IMG/VR virus record: IMGVR_UViG_3300012940_000009 | Span: 1 to 47,688 of that record | Reading direction: 5' to 3' (one strand) | DNA length: 47,688 nucleotides | Source: a virus | Taxonomy: Duplodnaviria; Caudoviricetes | Shown: one piece after another, positions 1 to 8,613 of the stretch | Numbering within the stretch: position 1 is the stretch's first letter | Layout of the letters: each line of letters starts with the position of its first letter | Position numbers and translations under genes: made by a program | Notes under the pieces: model-generated | Databases searched by the model: none | Seen by the model: only the letters and a program-made list of their open reading frames with translations | What the model was told of the DNA's origin: nothing

Positions 1-123
1 TAGGCCTGATCCGCGGCGAAGGGCGAAAGTCACGCTACGACGACACGACGGATATTTCCAACGGCCTGAAAACCATGGCCAAGGAATTCGGCACCCCTGT
101 TGTCGCGCTTGCACAGCTCAACA
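1..123. repeat. Terminal direct repeat (circular assembly overlap), left copy
   Basis: 1-123 is identical to 47566-47688 and falls inside the dnaB reading frame, which continues in phase across the junction. Confidence 0.97.
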
Positions 124-404
124 GACAGGTCGAGGGCCGGGAAGATAAGCGCGCCACGCTTGCTGACCTCCGGGACTCGGGAGCTATCGAGCAGGACGCC
201 GATTGCGTAATCTTCCCGTTCCGCGAGGCCTATTACCTGAACAAGCAGAAAGACCTCACAGCGGACGACATCACGCGTCTGGGCCAGGTCGAGAACATCA
301 TGGAAATCGCCGTCGCCAAGCAGCGCAACGGCCCTGAAGGGCGGCTCGAGGCGTATTGCCTGCCGGGCTGCAATGTCGTGCGCGATCTCGAGAGGGCGTA
401 TTGA
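1..404 (+). CDS. dnaB: Replicative DNA helicase DnaB, C-terminal part (joins 46563-47688 across the circular junction)
   Basis: DnaB C-terminal motifs [31 protein letters not shown]; in frame with the ORF starting at 46563. Confidence 0.95.
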   Translation, partial: GLIRGEGRKSRYDDTTDISNGLKTMAKEFGTPVVALAQLNRQVEGREDKRATLADLRDSGAIEQDADCVIFPFREAYYLNKQKDLTADDITRLGQVENIMEIAVAKQRNGPEGRLEAYCLPGCNVVRDLERAY

Positions 405-1108
405 TGCGACGCGAAGTGTTGGACGCCATGCTTGCCGCCGGCTGCACCGCTGAGCAGATCGTAGCGGCTGTGGCCGCTGAGGCAGAGGCCGAGGAAGCCG
501 CGCGTGAAGCCAAGAAGGAACTGAAGCGTCAGAAGACTGCCGCGCGCGTTCGCGCCTATCGTCAACGTAACGCCTGTAACGCGTTACATGATGTTACAGA
601 GCGTAACGACGCGTTACAAAAGAAAGACCCCCCACACCCCCCAAAAGAAAATACCAAAAGACCCCCTACGGGGGTCCAAAAGGTAGCCGCTCACTCGGAA
701 GAATTCGAACGCTTCCGCCAAGCCTACCCGAAACGCGACGGCGGGCACGGGTGGTCGAAAGCCATCGAGAGTTTCGAAGCGCACCGCAAGGCCGGCGTTG
801 ACCCCGAGGACATGATCCGCGGCGCCGAAAGCTATGCCGCAGACCGGAAACGCGCCGGCAAGGCAGGAACCGAATTCGTCATGCAGGCCGTGACGTTCCT
901 CCGCGGCAAGCACTGGCCGGAATGGCTCGAGAAGGCTGCGCCGCGACCGCCAGCAAACGGCTGGCCGCTGTCGATCGACGAGCCGACTGCTCGAGCAACT
1001 TTCCTCCGCGGGACTTGGCCGGACGCCTTCGGACCTAAACCCGGAGTGCCCGGCTGCAAGATCCCCGAGTCCGTACAGCGTGAATGGCTGGCTTCAAAAG
1101 CCGCATGA
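404..1108 (+). CDS. Phage replication initiator (O-like)
   Basis: ATG at 404 overlaps the dnaB stop (TGATG). Charged helical N-terminus, low-complexity linker with DNA repeats, and a C-terminal FERFRQAYPKR...W..A motif typical of phage initiators. Confidence 0.7.
   Translation: MRREVLDAMLAAGCTAEQIVAAVAAEAEAEEAAREAKKELKRQKTAARVRAYRQRNACNALHDVTERNDALQKKDPPHPPKENTKRPPTGVQKVAAHSEEFERFRQAYPKRDGGHGWSKAIESFEAHRKAGVDPEDMIRGAESYAADRKRAGKAGTEFVMQAVTFLRGKHWPEWLEKAAPRPPANGWPLSIDEPTARATFLRGTWPDAFGPKPGVPGCKIPESVQREWLASKAA
566..626. promoter_or_regulatory. Putative replication origin (iteron cluster) inside the initiator gene
   Basis: Six GTAAC/GTTAC units at 567, 576, 583, 593, 603 and 613, including the perfect palindrome TGTAACGCGTTACA (575-588), followed by an A-rich tract. 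Confidence 0.6.
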
Positions 1109-1199
1109 TCTATCCGCTCTATAGCGGGAAAGGGAGAGTGATATGGCCTTCCGAAAACCCCAAGGGAAAGAGGAATAACCGAATGGCGAGGGCTGAGAC

Positions 1200-1745
1200 A
1201 TGAAACCTTTCACGAAGAACGATTTTGGCTGGGTCGCCGTGTACACGAAGCCGCGCTGTGAAGTTGCGGCCGATGTCGAGATACGCCAGCAGCTCGCGCT
1301 CTGGACGTTCTATCCGTCGCAGAGATACCGCAGGCGTCGGCGCCAGCCCGGCACACACATCACCCGCGTGTTCAACGACGATGTGCCGATCCTTTCCCGG
1401 TACATCTTCGTGCGCCTGATCGACGACGGCGACATCATGGCCGTGAACGATCTCCGCAACGTGGTGTGCATAGTGAAGCAACCGGGAACGGAGCGCCCGC
1501 TTAGCATCCCGCCGCGCATCATGGACAAAATGATGAAGGAAGACGATGCGCGTCCGCTGATCGATCTGGTCAAGGGCGATAAGTACGAAGAGGGCCAGAA
1601 GATCGTCTTCAATGAGCGTCACCCGATGGCCGGCCTGATGGGCCAGGTGAGCAAACACATGGGCAAGGAAATCTGGGCTTGGTTTGAAATATTCGGAGGC
1701 AAGAGAGAGATCCGTGTGAGCCCCGCGCACGTGCAGGCGGCATAG
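1200..1745 (+). CDS. NusG/RfaH-family transcription antiterminator (late-gene activator position)
   Basis: NGN-like WVAVYTKPRCE...PILSRYIFV and a KOW-like C-terminus (GQKIVF...MAGLMGQV...FEIFGGKREIRV); occupies the Q position upstream of the late operon. Confidence 0.85.
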   Translation: MKPFTKNDFGWVAVYTKPRCEVAADVEIRQQLALWTFYPSQRYRRRRRQPGTHITRVFNDDVPILSRYIFVRLIDDGDIMAVNDLRNVVCIVKQPGTERPLSIPPRIMDKMMKEDDARPLIDLVKGDKYEEGQKIVFNERHPMAGLMGQVSKHMGKEIWAWFEIFGGKREIRVSPAHVQAA

Positions 1746-1754
1746 GAGGGAACC

Positions 1755-2342
1755 ATGACAGTTGTCGCGAGCGCCTACGCGCGCAAGGAGAATGACTTAT
1801 ACCAGACCGAGCCGTGGGCGACGGAAGCCCTACTGCGGCACTTCCCCGTTTCCGGCTTGACGGTATGGGAGCCCGCGGCGGGCAACCACCTTATTGCGGA
1901 TGTTTTGCGAGAGCAGGGCGCATCTGTCGTCACCAGCGATATCGCTACCTACGATCGTCAACACGATGCGGACGTAGACTTTCTGGCACCTCGTTTCGCC
2001 TACAAGAACCCGAAGCATGATGCGATCATAACCAACCCGCCGTATGGGAAGGGTAACCGAGACGCAGTGAAATTCTGCGAGTTCGCATTGCAGCGCTGTC
2101 CAGGCCTGGTGGCGATGCTCCTGACAGCCAAGTTCGACTTTGGTAAGACGCGACTTCACCTCACACGAGATAACCCGCGCTTCGCCGCGAAGATTGCTCT
2201 CGTCGACCGCATCCAATGGTTCCCTGGCGACACGTCCGGCACCGAAGACCACGCGTGGTATGTCTGGACCGCCGGGCCGAATGCCGGCGCGCGGCTATTA
2301 TACGAGGGAAAGAGGCCGGCGGTTCATTTGCGAGCCGCCTGA
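1755..2342 (+). CDS. SAM-dependent DNA (probably N6-adenine) methyltransferase
   Basis: DLYQTEPWAT, motif I-like WEPAAGNH, catalytic IITNPPY; RBS GGAGG upstream. Confidence 0.8.
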   Translation: MTVVASAYARKENDLYQTEPWATEALLRHFPVSGLTVWEPAAGNHLIADVLREQGASVVTSDIATYDRQHDADVDFLAPRFAYKNPKHDAIITNPPYGKGNRDAVKFCEFALQRCPGLVAMLLTAKFDFGKTRLHLTRDNPRFAAKIALVDRIQWFPGDTSGTEDHAWYVWTAGPNAGARLLYEGKRPAVHLRAA

Positions 2343-2426
2343 GTCAATACGTCGCATTTCAATGTATCGGCAAATCGCTTATTAATGTACTGTCGCTCGT
2401 CATATGTGTGCGATTGCCGTTATGTA

Positions 2427-2945
2427 AGTGCGGTAGGTGAGACAGGCCCCGGCCGTCGCCGGACACTCCCAGTCAGCCCGGGCAATAGCCCTACAGCGCG
2501 AGCCTCCCGGCGGCGCTGTCTTTAGCATGAGCACACAGGCGGAACGGCACAGCTTTCAACACCACAACGGCCATATACTGAGCCATTATTTAAAGAGCTG
2601 CCGTTCCTCCTGTTTGCTTTTGAGATGAGTGCAGTGGTGGCCAATTCCCGCGGGTGAGCAGACCCGCGCCCTGCTCGGATAAGCCCCGCAAACCGGGGTG
2701 AATGGATTGGCTTCCCCTGCGCTTAGGTGCAGGTGGTGAACCTGAAGGAGGCTCCTTCGGCTCGGCGTGCTTGATGGGGTCTGCGCTCTTCCTTCGCCGG
2801 GTGACGCAGGCCCCAAAGTTTCCGTTCCCTGCGCTTAGAGCGCAACAAGATCGAGTGCGGTAGGGCTGGAGGCAAAATCAGAGGCTACGGCGCTCAGCGA
2901 GCCACTTGGGTCAGATACCATGCGACCACGCTGGCCCGCACTCGA
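2427..2945 (+). ncRNA. Highly structured late-operon leader / candidate ncRNA region
   Basis: Several long stems (2530-2556/2592-2618; 2851-2860/2936-2945), repeated AGTGCGGTAGG and CCCTGCGCTTAG, and no convincing ORF. Confidence 0.45.
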
Positions 2946-2957
2946 CACCCCAAAGAG

Positions 2958-3146
2958 ATGAGAGCGGGTATGGCAAAGCGATTTCTGCTCGTAGGCGATT
3001 CCCGAAAAGGCGATGATCGACCGCTGAAGCTTGGCTCGGCTTATGCCACGGGGCAGTTCGCCGCTGATCTTCGGGAGGCGCGCCGTGTCGTAGCGACCTG
3101 GCCGGCGTCGATGCGCCATACACCCGCGCACGTCCGCGAGCGCTAA
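2958..3146 (+). CDS. Small hypothetical protein (start may be 2970)
   Basis: 62-aa ORF in late-operon orientation; no recognisable motif. Confidence 0.35.
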   Translation: MRAGMAKRFLLVGDSRKGDDRPLKLGSAYATGQFAADLREARRVVATWPASMRHTPAHVRER

Positions 3147-3172
3147 CCCCATTACCATAGAGAGAGTAGACC

Positions 3173-3298
3173 ATGATCCCGGTATTTCTCGCCGCGCTTA
3201 TGGCGCTTGGCACAATGAACGCTCCCTCTGTCAAGGCAAAGCATGGATTCAAACCCTGCGATGCAAAGACAGGGTGCGTGCATCCGGCGTTTAAGTGA
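3173..3298 (+). CDS. 41-aa peptide with hydrophobic N-terminus and two Cys (MIPVFLAALMALGTMNAPSVKAKHGFKPCDAKTGCVHPAFK)
   Basis: Translated by hand (below the ORF-track cutoff); purine-rich AGAGAGAG upstream; ends 6 bp before terS. Confidence 0.45.
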   Translation: MIPVFLAALMALGTMNAPSVKAKHGFKPCDAKTGCVHPAFK

Positions 3299-3304
3299 GG
3301 GGTG

Positions 3305-3826
3305 ATGGCCGCTCCTGAAGGAAACTCGTTCTGGAAGATGCGCAGCTCACACGGTCGCAAGCCCAAGTTCGAGAGCGCGGAAGTCCTCTGGGATGCATGC
3401 TGCGAATATTTCGAGTGGGTTGAGAAGAACCCTCTGAAGGAATCCCAAGCCTTTGCCTACCAAGGCAACATCAAGGATCACGAAGTATCCAAGATGCGCG
3501 CGATGACAAATGCCGGCCTGTGCATCTTCCTCGATATCGAGACATCAACCTGGGCCGAATATCGCAAGCGCGAAGGCTTTTCGGAAGTCACAACGCGCGT
3601 GGACGAAATCATTCGTACTCAAAAGTTCGAAGGCGCCGCCGCTGGGCTGCTTCAGCCCAACATAATTGCTCGGGATCTTGGCCTTGCAGACAAGCAAGAA
3701 CACACCGGCAAAGACGGCGGTCCTATCCAAACCGAAGAGGTGAGCGCGCGTGACATTCTCGCTCGTCGAATCTCTGGCCTCGCTTCCAGAACAGGATCGC
3801 CAGAGCCTGATAGCGAGCCTTACTGA
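3305..3826 (+). CDS. Terminase small subunit, P22 gp3-like
   Basis: N-terminus MAAPEGNSFWKMRSSHGRKPKFESAEVLWDACCEYFEWVEKNPL closely matches P22 gp3 as I recall it; QKFEGAAAGLLQPNIIARDLGL. Confidence 0.92.
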   Translation: MAAPEGNSFWKMRSSHGRKPKFESAEVLWDACCEYFEWVEKNPLKESQAFAYQGNIKDHEVSKMRAMTNAGLCIFLDIETSTWAEYRKREGFSEVTTRVDEIIRTQKFEGAAAGLLQPNIIARDLGLADKQEHTGKDGGPIQTEEVSARDILARRISGLASRTGSPEPDSEPY

Positions 3827-5132
3827 AGCGCAAGCTGAAGAGCTTCTATGGGATTGGCGGGCATGGGCGCGCCCCAATCAGCTACCGCCCGATGGTGGTT
3901 GGTTGACGTGGCTGCTTCTTGCCGGCCGTGGTTTTGGGAAGACCAGGTGCGGCTCCGAGTGGGTACGCATGATCGCCTGCGGGAATACTCCGCTCGCTGC
4001 TGGAAGTCATAAGCGCATTGCCCTGGTTGCTGAGACGGCCGCCGACGCGCGAGATGTTCTGGTCGAGGGCGATAGTGGCATACTGTCCGTGCACCCGCCT
4101 GACTTCAGGCCGAACTACGAGCCATCGAAGCGCAGGCTGACATGGCCGAACGGTGCGGTTGCTACACTTTACAATGCGGTTGAGCCGGATCAGTTGCGCG
4201 GACCGCAGCATGATGCGGCTTGGTGTGACGAGCTGGCCAAATGGCGCTACGCCCGAGAGACGTGGGACATGCTTCAGTTCGGGCTTCGCCTTGGCGACGA
4301 TCCGAGGCAGGTGGTCACGACAACGCCGCGCCCGATACCGCTGCTGAAAGAAATTCTGGCCAACCCGACGACGGTGGTCACCAAGGGCTCAACCCTGGAC
4401 AACAAGGCCAACTTGGCCGCCGCATTTCTCCGGCAGATCACGGCGAAGTACGAGGGTACAAGGCTCGGCCGGCAGGAATTGTCTGCCGAGATTCTTGATG
4501 ACGCACCCGACGCGCTCTGGACGCGCGCCGGGCTTGATCGCTATCGGATCACGCTCGCGCAGTTGCCGCCGTTGGCCCGCATTGTGGTTGCGATTGATCC
4601 GGCCGCGAAGACAAATGAGGTTCAGGAGTTTGGCGCCGCTACCGGTATAGTGGTGGCTGCTTTAGGGCAAGATGGGCGCGGGTATATCCTGGATGACTCG
4701 ACATGTCGGGAAAGCCCGCATGGATGGGCTCGCCGCGCTCTTGCCTGCCGTGATCGCTACGACGCCGATCTGATTGTAGGCGAAGTGAACAACGGCGGGG
4801 AGATGGTGGAAGCCGTCATTCGCTCCGCTGATCCGATGGTCGCGTTCAAGGCCGTCACAGCCTCTCGCGGAAAATGGGTAAGAGCCGAGCCTATCGCCGC
4901 GCTTTATGAGCAGGGCCGCATTTCGCATGTTGGCACATTCGCTGAGCTTGAAGACGAGATGGTGATGTTCGGCCCCAATGGATTGATCGGGGATACGTCG
5001 CCTGACCGCGCTGACGCTCTGGTCTGGGCGCTTACAGAACTGTTTCCGCGCATTATCCGCGCCGACGAGCTTGAAAAAGACGACGACGACTGGACTGCGG
5101 ACTACACGCGCAACAATCACACGGGGTACTGA
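3750..5132 (+). CDS. Terminase large subunit
   Basis: Walker A AGRGFGKT, Walker B AWCDE, motif III VTTTP, RNase H-like nuclease VVAIDPA...SPDRADA. Confidence 0.95.
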   Translation: MTFSLVESLASLPEQDRQSLIASLTEAQAEELLWDWRAWARPNQLPPDGGWLTWLLLAGRGFGKTRCGSEWVRMIACGNTPLAAGSHKRIALVAETAADARDVLVEGDSGILSVHPPDFRPNYEPSKRRLTWPNGAVATLYNAVEPDQLRGPQHDAAWCDELAKWRYARETWDMLQFGLRLGDDPRQVVTTTPRPIPLLKEILANPTTVVTKGSTLDNKANLAAAFLRQITAKYEGTRLGRQELSAEILDDAPDALWTRAGLDRYRITLAQLPPLARIVVAIDPAAKTNEVQEFGAATGIVVAALGQDGRGYILDDSTCRESPHGWARRALACRDRYDADLIVGEVNNGGEMVEAVIRSADPMVAFKAVTASRGKWVRAEPIAALYEQGRISHVGTFAELEDEMVMFGPNGLIGDTSPDRADALVWALTELFPRIIRADELEKDDDDWTADYTRNNHTGY

Positions 5133-7084
5133 TGAAGACCGATTCTGCCCCGTCACATAAGCAGGTGCTAGACCGGCTGTTTGAGATCGTTCAATCCGAG
5201 AACGCGGCTGAGCTTCTGACGGACGACGAGCTTTCCAAGGTCGCGCGCACGGTCATCGAAGGCTGCAAGATCGATGAGTCCTCGCGTGAGAAATGGACCA
5301 AGGCCGCGAAGAACTCAATGGATCTCGCGCTTCAGGTCAAGGAAGCGAAGAACTATCCGTTCCAGGGCGCATCGAACGTCAAATGGCCGCTGATTACGGT
5401 CGCAGCTCTTCAGTTCAATGCCCGTGCTTATCCAGCAATCTGCGAAGGCGACAAGATCGTCAAGTCCAAGGTCATTGGTAAAGACGATGGCGTTCCCGAG
5501 ATTGATCCGGCGACAGGCCAGCCGGCGGTCAATCCTGAGACACAAGAGCCCATCTGGAAGGTCCCGCCGGGCGTCAAGGCTGAGAAGGGCGAGCGCATCT
5601 CCGAACACATGAGCTGGCAGCTTAAAAAGGAGATGAAGGAATGGGAAGAGGACACGGACACGCTCCTGATCCAGCTTCCTATCGTGGGAACAGCATTCCG
5701 CAAGGTGTATTGGGACGCCACGCTGGAACGCAACGTCTCGGAACTGGTTCCGGGCATCGATCTGATCGTCAACCAGGCGACGAGAAGCCTTGATGACGCG
5801 CCGCGTGTCACGCATCGCTTCTATCGTGATCCGAACGCCTGTGAAGAACGCATGCGATCCGGTGTATGGCTTGAGGTTGATCTTGGCCGCCCATCGTCCG
5901 CTGATGGCGACGAGATGGCGCCGCATGAATTCATTGAGCAGCATTGCTGGCTCGATCTGGACGAGGACGGATACAGAGAGCCCTACATTGTCACGGTGCA
6001 TTGCGAGACCGAGAAGGTTGTCCGCATCGTCGCCAATTTCGAAGCCGAGGACATCAAGCAGAGCGAGAAGGGTGACAGGATCATCCGCATCGCCAAGCGG
6101 GATTACTTCGTCAAGTTCGGCTTCATCCGCGACCCGAAGGGCGGGTTCTACGACATTGGTTTTGGCCAGCTTCTGGAATCTCTTGGTGCCGCGATCGACA
6201 CCACGATCAATCAGATGCTGGACGCTGGCCATCTTCAGAACGCGGGCGGCGGGTTTATCGGATCTGGCGTCAGGCTGAAGAAGTCTCAGCTCCGGTTCTC
6301 GCCCGGCGTTTATCACACCGTTGATGCCGCTGGATCGGTTCTGAAGGATGCCATTTACAACATGGAGCACCCGGGCCCGAGCGCGGTCCTGTTCTCGCTG
6401 CTTGGCATGCTGATCGATGCCGGCAAGGACATTACGGCGACGAAGGACATTCTCACGGGGCAGACCTCTGAGAACCAGACGGCGACGACGACGCTGGCCC
6501 TGATCGAACAAGGGACCAAGGTATTCACGGCGATCTTCAAGCGCATCTATCTGAGTCTGGAGAAGGAATTCGGGCTGCTTTACAAGCTGAACGCCCGCCA
6601 TCTTCCGGAAGAAGCGTATTTCAATCTGCTGGATACGCCGAAAGCCGTGGCCCGCAAGGATTATGAAGAGGGCACATACGACATCTGCCCGGTTGCCGAT
6701 CCGAAGACGGTGACGGACATGCAGCGCATGGCGCGGGCCGAGGCGATGCTGAACACGCTTCAGATGAATCCGGGCGGGGCGCAGGAAATCCTCAGGCGTT
6801 ACTACACGGCCATCGGCGCGTCGGATATCGACAAGCTGCTGCCTCCGCAGCAAGGCCCCGACCCGATGACGCTGGCTGCGGCTGAGGCCGAGATCGAGGA
6901 CAAGAAAGCCTCTGCATTCGAGAAGCAGACCAAGGGCCAGAAGAACCTTGCCGACATTGAGGGTGAGGCCATTGAACGGGAAGTCCGTGCGGTTGAAGCC
7001 CTTGAGGCTCCCGAGAAGGACGCGCTGGACCGTGGCGAACGTGCTGAAGAGCGTGATCTGAAAGCCAAGAGCAAAGCCGCGTGA
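5132..7084 (+). CDS. Portal protein
   Basis: 650 aa directly after terL; motifs typical of podovirus portals (YPFQGASNVKWPLI, LPIVGTAFRKVYWD, FYDIGFGQLL, TTLALIEQG); coiled-coil C-terminus. Confidence 0.88.
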   Translation: MKTDSAPSHKQVLDRLFEIVQSENAAELLTDDELSKVARTVIEGCKIDESSREKWTKAAKNSMDLALQVKEAKNYPFQGASNVKWPLITVAALQFNARAYPAICEGDKIVKSKVIGKDDGVPEIDPATGQPAVNPETQEPIWKVPPGVKAEKGERISEHMSWQLKKEMKEWEEDTDTLLIQLPIVGTAFRKVYWDATLERNVSELVPGIDLIVNQATRSLDDAPRVTHRFYRDPNACEERMRSGVWLEVDLGRPSSADGDEMAPHEFIEQHCWLDLDEDGYREPYIVTVHCETEKVVRIVANFEAEDIKQSEKGDRIIRIAKRDYFVKFGFIRDPKGGFYDIGFGQLLESLGAAIDTTINQMLDAGHLQNAGGGFIGSGVRLKKSQLRFSPGVYHTVDAAGSVLKDAIYNMEHPGPSAVLFSLLGMLIDAGKDITATKDILTGQTSENQTATTTLALIEQGTKVFTAIFKRIYLSLEKEFGLLYKLNARHLPEEAYFNLLDTPKAVARKDYEEGTYDICPVADPKTVTDMQRMARAEAMLNTLQMNPGGAQEILRRYYTAIGASDIDKLLPPQQGPDPMTLAAAEAEIEDKKASAFEKQTKGQKNLADIEGEAIEREVRAVEALEAPEKDALDRGERAEERDLKAKSKAA

Positions 7085-7134
7085 GCAAGACAGATCCAGC
7101 CATTGCCGACGCTGTGTTTAGAAGGGGAGAGAAG

Positions 7135-7395
7135 ATGGACGACGCGGTCCGCAAAGAGCGGGAAGAAGCCTTCGAGGCATGGCGTACGCATCCGATCACA
7201 AAACAGGTGATGGAAGCAATCGGCGGCCTTGCCGAGCAATGCAAGACCAAATGGCTGAACGAGTCGTGGTCTGCGGGCCGGGCTGATCCCGTCATGCTGG
7301 CTGATCTTCGCGCCCGCCATGAAGTCGTGACTGATCTGGTCAATCTGACATTCGAGGAATTGGAGATAGCCCTTGAACAACCCGAGCGGGATTAA
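7135..7395 (+). CDS. Hypothetical head-cluster protein
   Basis: RBS AAGGGGAG before ATG 7135; fills the gap between portal and GroES. Confidence 0.65.
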   Translation: MDDAVRKEREEAFEAWRTHPITKQVMEAIGGLAEQCKTKWLNESWSAGRADPVMLADLRARHEVVTDLVNLTFEELEIALEQPERD

Positions 7396-7690
7396 CCCAA
7401 CCGAGTATCGCGTTCTTGTCCGCCCCGAAAGCGCTGAAACAGTCAGCAAGGGCGGCATTATCATTCCTGACACGACGAAGGATCGCGAACAGTACGCGGT
7501 CACGAAGGGAACGCTGATCGCGGTTTCGCCCGTGGCGTTCTCATACGCCGAATGGCCCGAAGAGGCATTGCTGCCGAAGATTGGCGACATGGTTCTTTAC
7601 GAGAAGTACGCCGGCAACCTTGTGAAGGGCCGGGATGGCGTCGATTACCGCGTCATCAACGACAAGGACATACACGCGGTTCTGGACTGA
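7373..7690 (+). CDS. GroES/Cpn10-like co-chaperonin
   Basis: PTEYRVLVRP, SKGGIIIPDT, GTLIAVSP, KIGDMVLYEKYAG, YRVINDKDIHAVL follow the Cpn10 pattern. Confidence 0.9.
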   Translation: MNNPSGINPTEYRVLVRPESAETVSKGGIIIPDTTKDREQYAVTKGTLIAVSPVAFSYAEWPEEALLPKIGDMVLYEKYAGNLVKGRDGVDYRVINDKDIHAVLD

Positions 7691-7704
7691 AGGATGTGGG
7701 GTGA

Positions 7705-8613
7705 ATGGCAGAACGTACACCATCGCCCCCGGTCTATTACGGTGGGCCTCCGCTCTCCGCCGCCGTCTCACCTCAGGCTGAGGGCTGGCGCGCTAGACTG
7801 TCGGAATCGATCGGCAATGCAGGACGCGCGGCCGACCAGACGCTGAGCTATTACCTCGGCCCGCACGCTACTGGCGCAGTTCGCAAACTGAGCGATGCGG
7901 TTCAGTTCCTCTCACCCGCCTCAGACATGATAGACGCGCGGGACAATTATCAGGGCGCAATCGAGTCCGCGAGGTCGGGCGATGTTCCTGGCGCTGTTGC
8001 ACAGACGGGATACGGCCTTCTGTCGAACATTGGCCTGTCGGAAGTCTCAAAGCCGGTGGCGGCTATGGCCTCTGCTGTGTCTAACCGAGATGTTCTGGCA
8101 AAGCTGGCCGAGAGAAAAGCCGCTTCAGCGCGCGCTCCCCTTACGGATAATTACAGGAAACCTCTCGATACCTACGCCCCGAGCGTATGGCGTGAAATGG
8201 CTCCTGATGAAGCGTTGGCAGAGTTCCCGGGTAGCAGTGTCTCAGTGTCTCATGGCCCCGGCGGCCCGCCTGAGCGGTTCTATGCAGACACTCCGGATCT
8301 TGCTCTCGGGCAGGGAATGAATCGGGGCGTCAGGATCGAATACGACCCGGCAATGCTTGAAGGCGTTGTCAACACGGCAAAGCCGACGTGGCAGCAGTCG
8401 TGGCAATCGGGAATGGCTGAGTACAAGGCGACACCGAAAGCGGGCGCCGATCTAAGGCGGGGTGTCCGCAGTATCCAGATCGAGAAAGACGCCATCCCCC
8501 GTGGCGCCGATGGCGTGCTCCTGCGGCGTCAGATAGAGGCCCTGAAGAACGCGGGATGGGAAGTCAGCGAGACAAAGGGGCGCTTCGAACTAAAGCGGCC
8601 TAGCACCAAATAA
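7705..8613 (+). CDS. Head-cluster protein with a pre-toxin-like helical N-half and a possible ADP-ribosyltransferase-like C-half
   Basis: The ORF is well supported. The function is inferred only from motif spacing (VWRE, FYADTPDLA, GVRIEYD, AEY). Confidence 0.45.
   Translation: MAERTPSPPVYYGGPPLSAAVSPQAEGWRARLSESIGNAGRAADQTLSYYLGPHATGAVRKLSDAVQFLSPASDMIDARDNYQGAIESARSGDVPGAVAQTGYGLLSNIGLSEVSKPVAAMASAVSNRDVLAKLAERKAASARAPLTDNYRKPLDTYAPSVWREMAPDEALAEFPGSSVSVSHGPGGPPERFYADTPDLALGQGMNRGVRIEYDPAMLEGVVNTAKPTWQQSWQSGMAEYKATPKAGADLRRGVRSIQIEKDAIPRGADGVLLRRQIEALKNAGWEVSETKGRFELKRPSTK

Noticed and set aside
1-123. Biological terminal repeat (T7-like fixed ends)
   Set aside because: It lies mid-dnaB and the terminase small subunit is of the P22 headful type; most simply an assembler overlap.
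627-642. C-rich runs in the initiator gene as a phase-variation tract
   Set aside because: The runs are short and interrupted and encode a PPHPP linker commonly seen in such initiators.
1119-1730. 203-aa minus-strand ORF opposite the NusG-like gene
   Set aside because: Fully antisense to a well-supported gene; no recognisable features.
2636-2712. HDV-like, pistol or hammerhead ribozyme, or a known riboswitch
   Set aside because: The GGGGTGAATGG end resembles HDV J4/2 but lacks the catalytic C and the nested P1/P3 topology. No CUGANGA/GAAA core was found. The GGCAAA at ~2871 lacks the rest of a c-di-GMP-I aptamer.
5315-6853. 512-aa minus-strand ORF, and similar long antisense ORFs over scaffold, capsid and tail genes
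   Set aside because: Shadow frames of GC3-biased genuine genes; no motifs or RBS. Only the last 51 codons of 8600-9523 have independent support.
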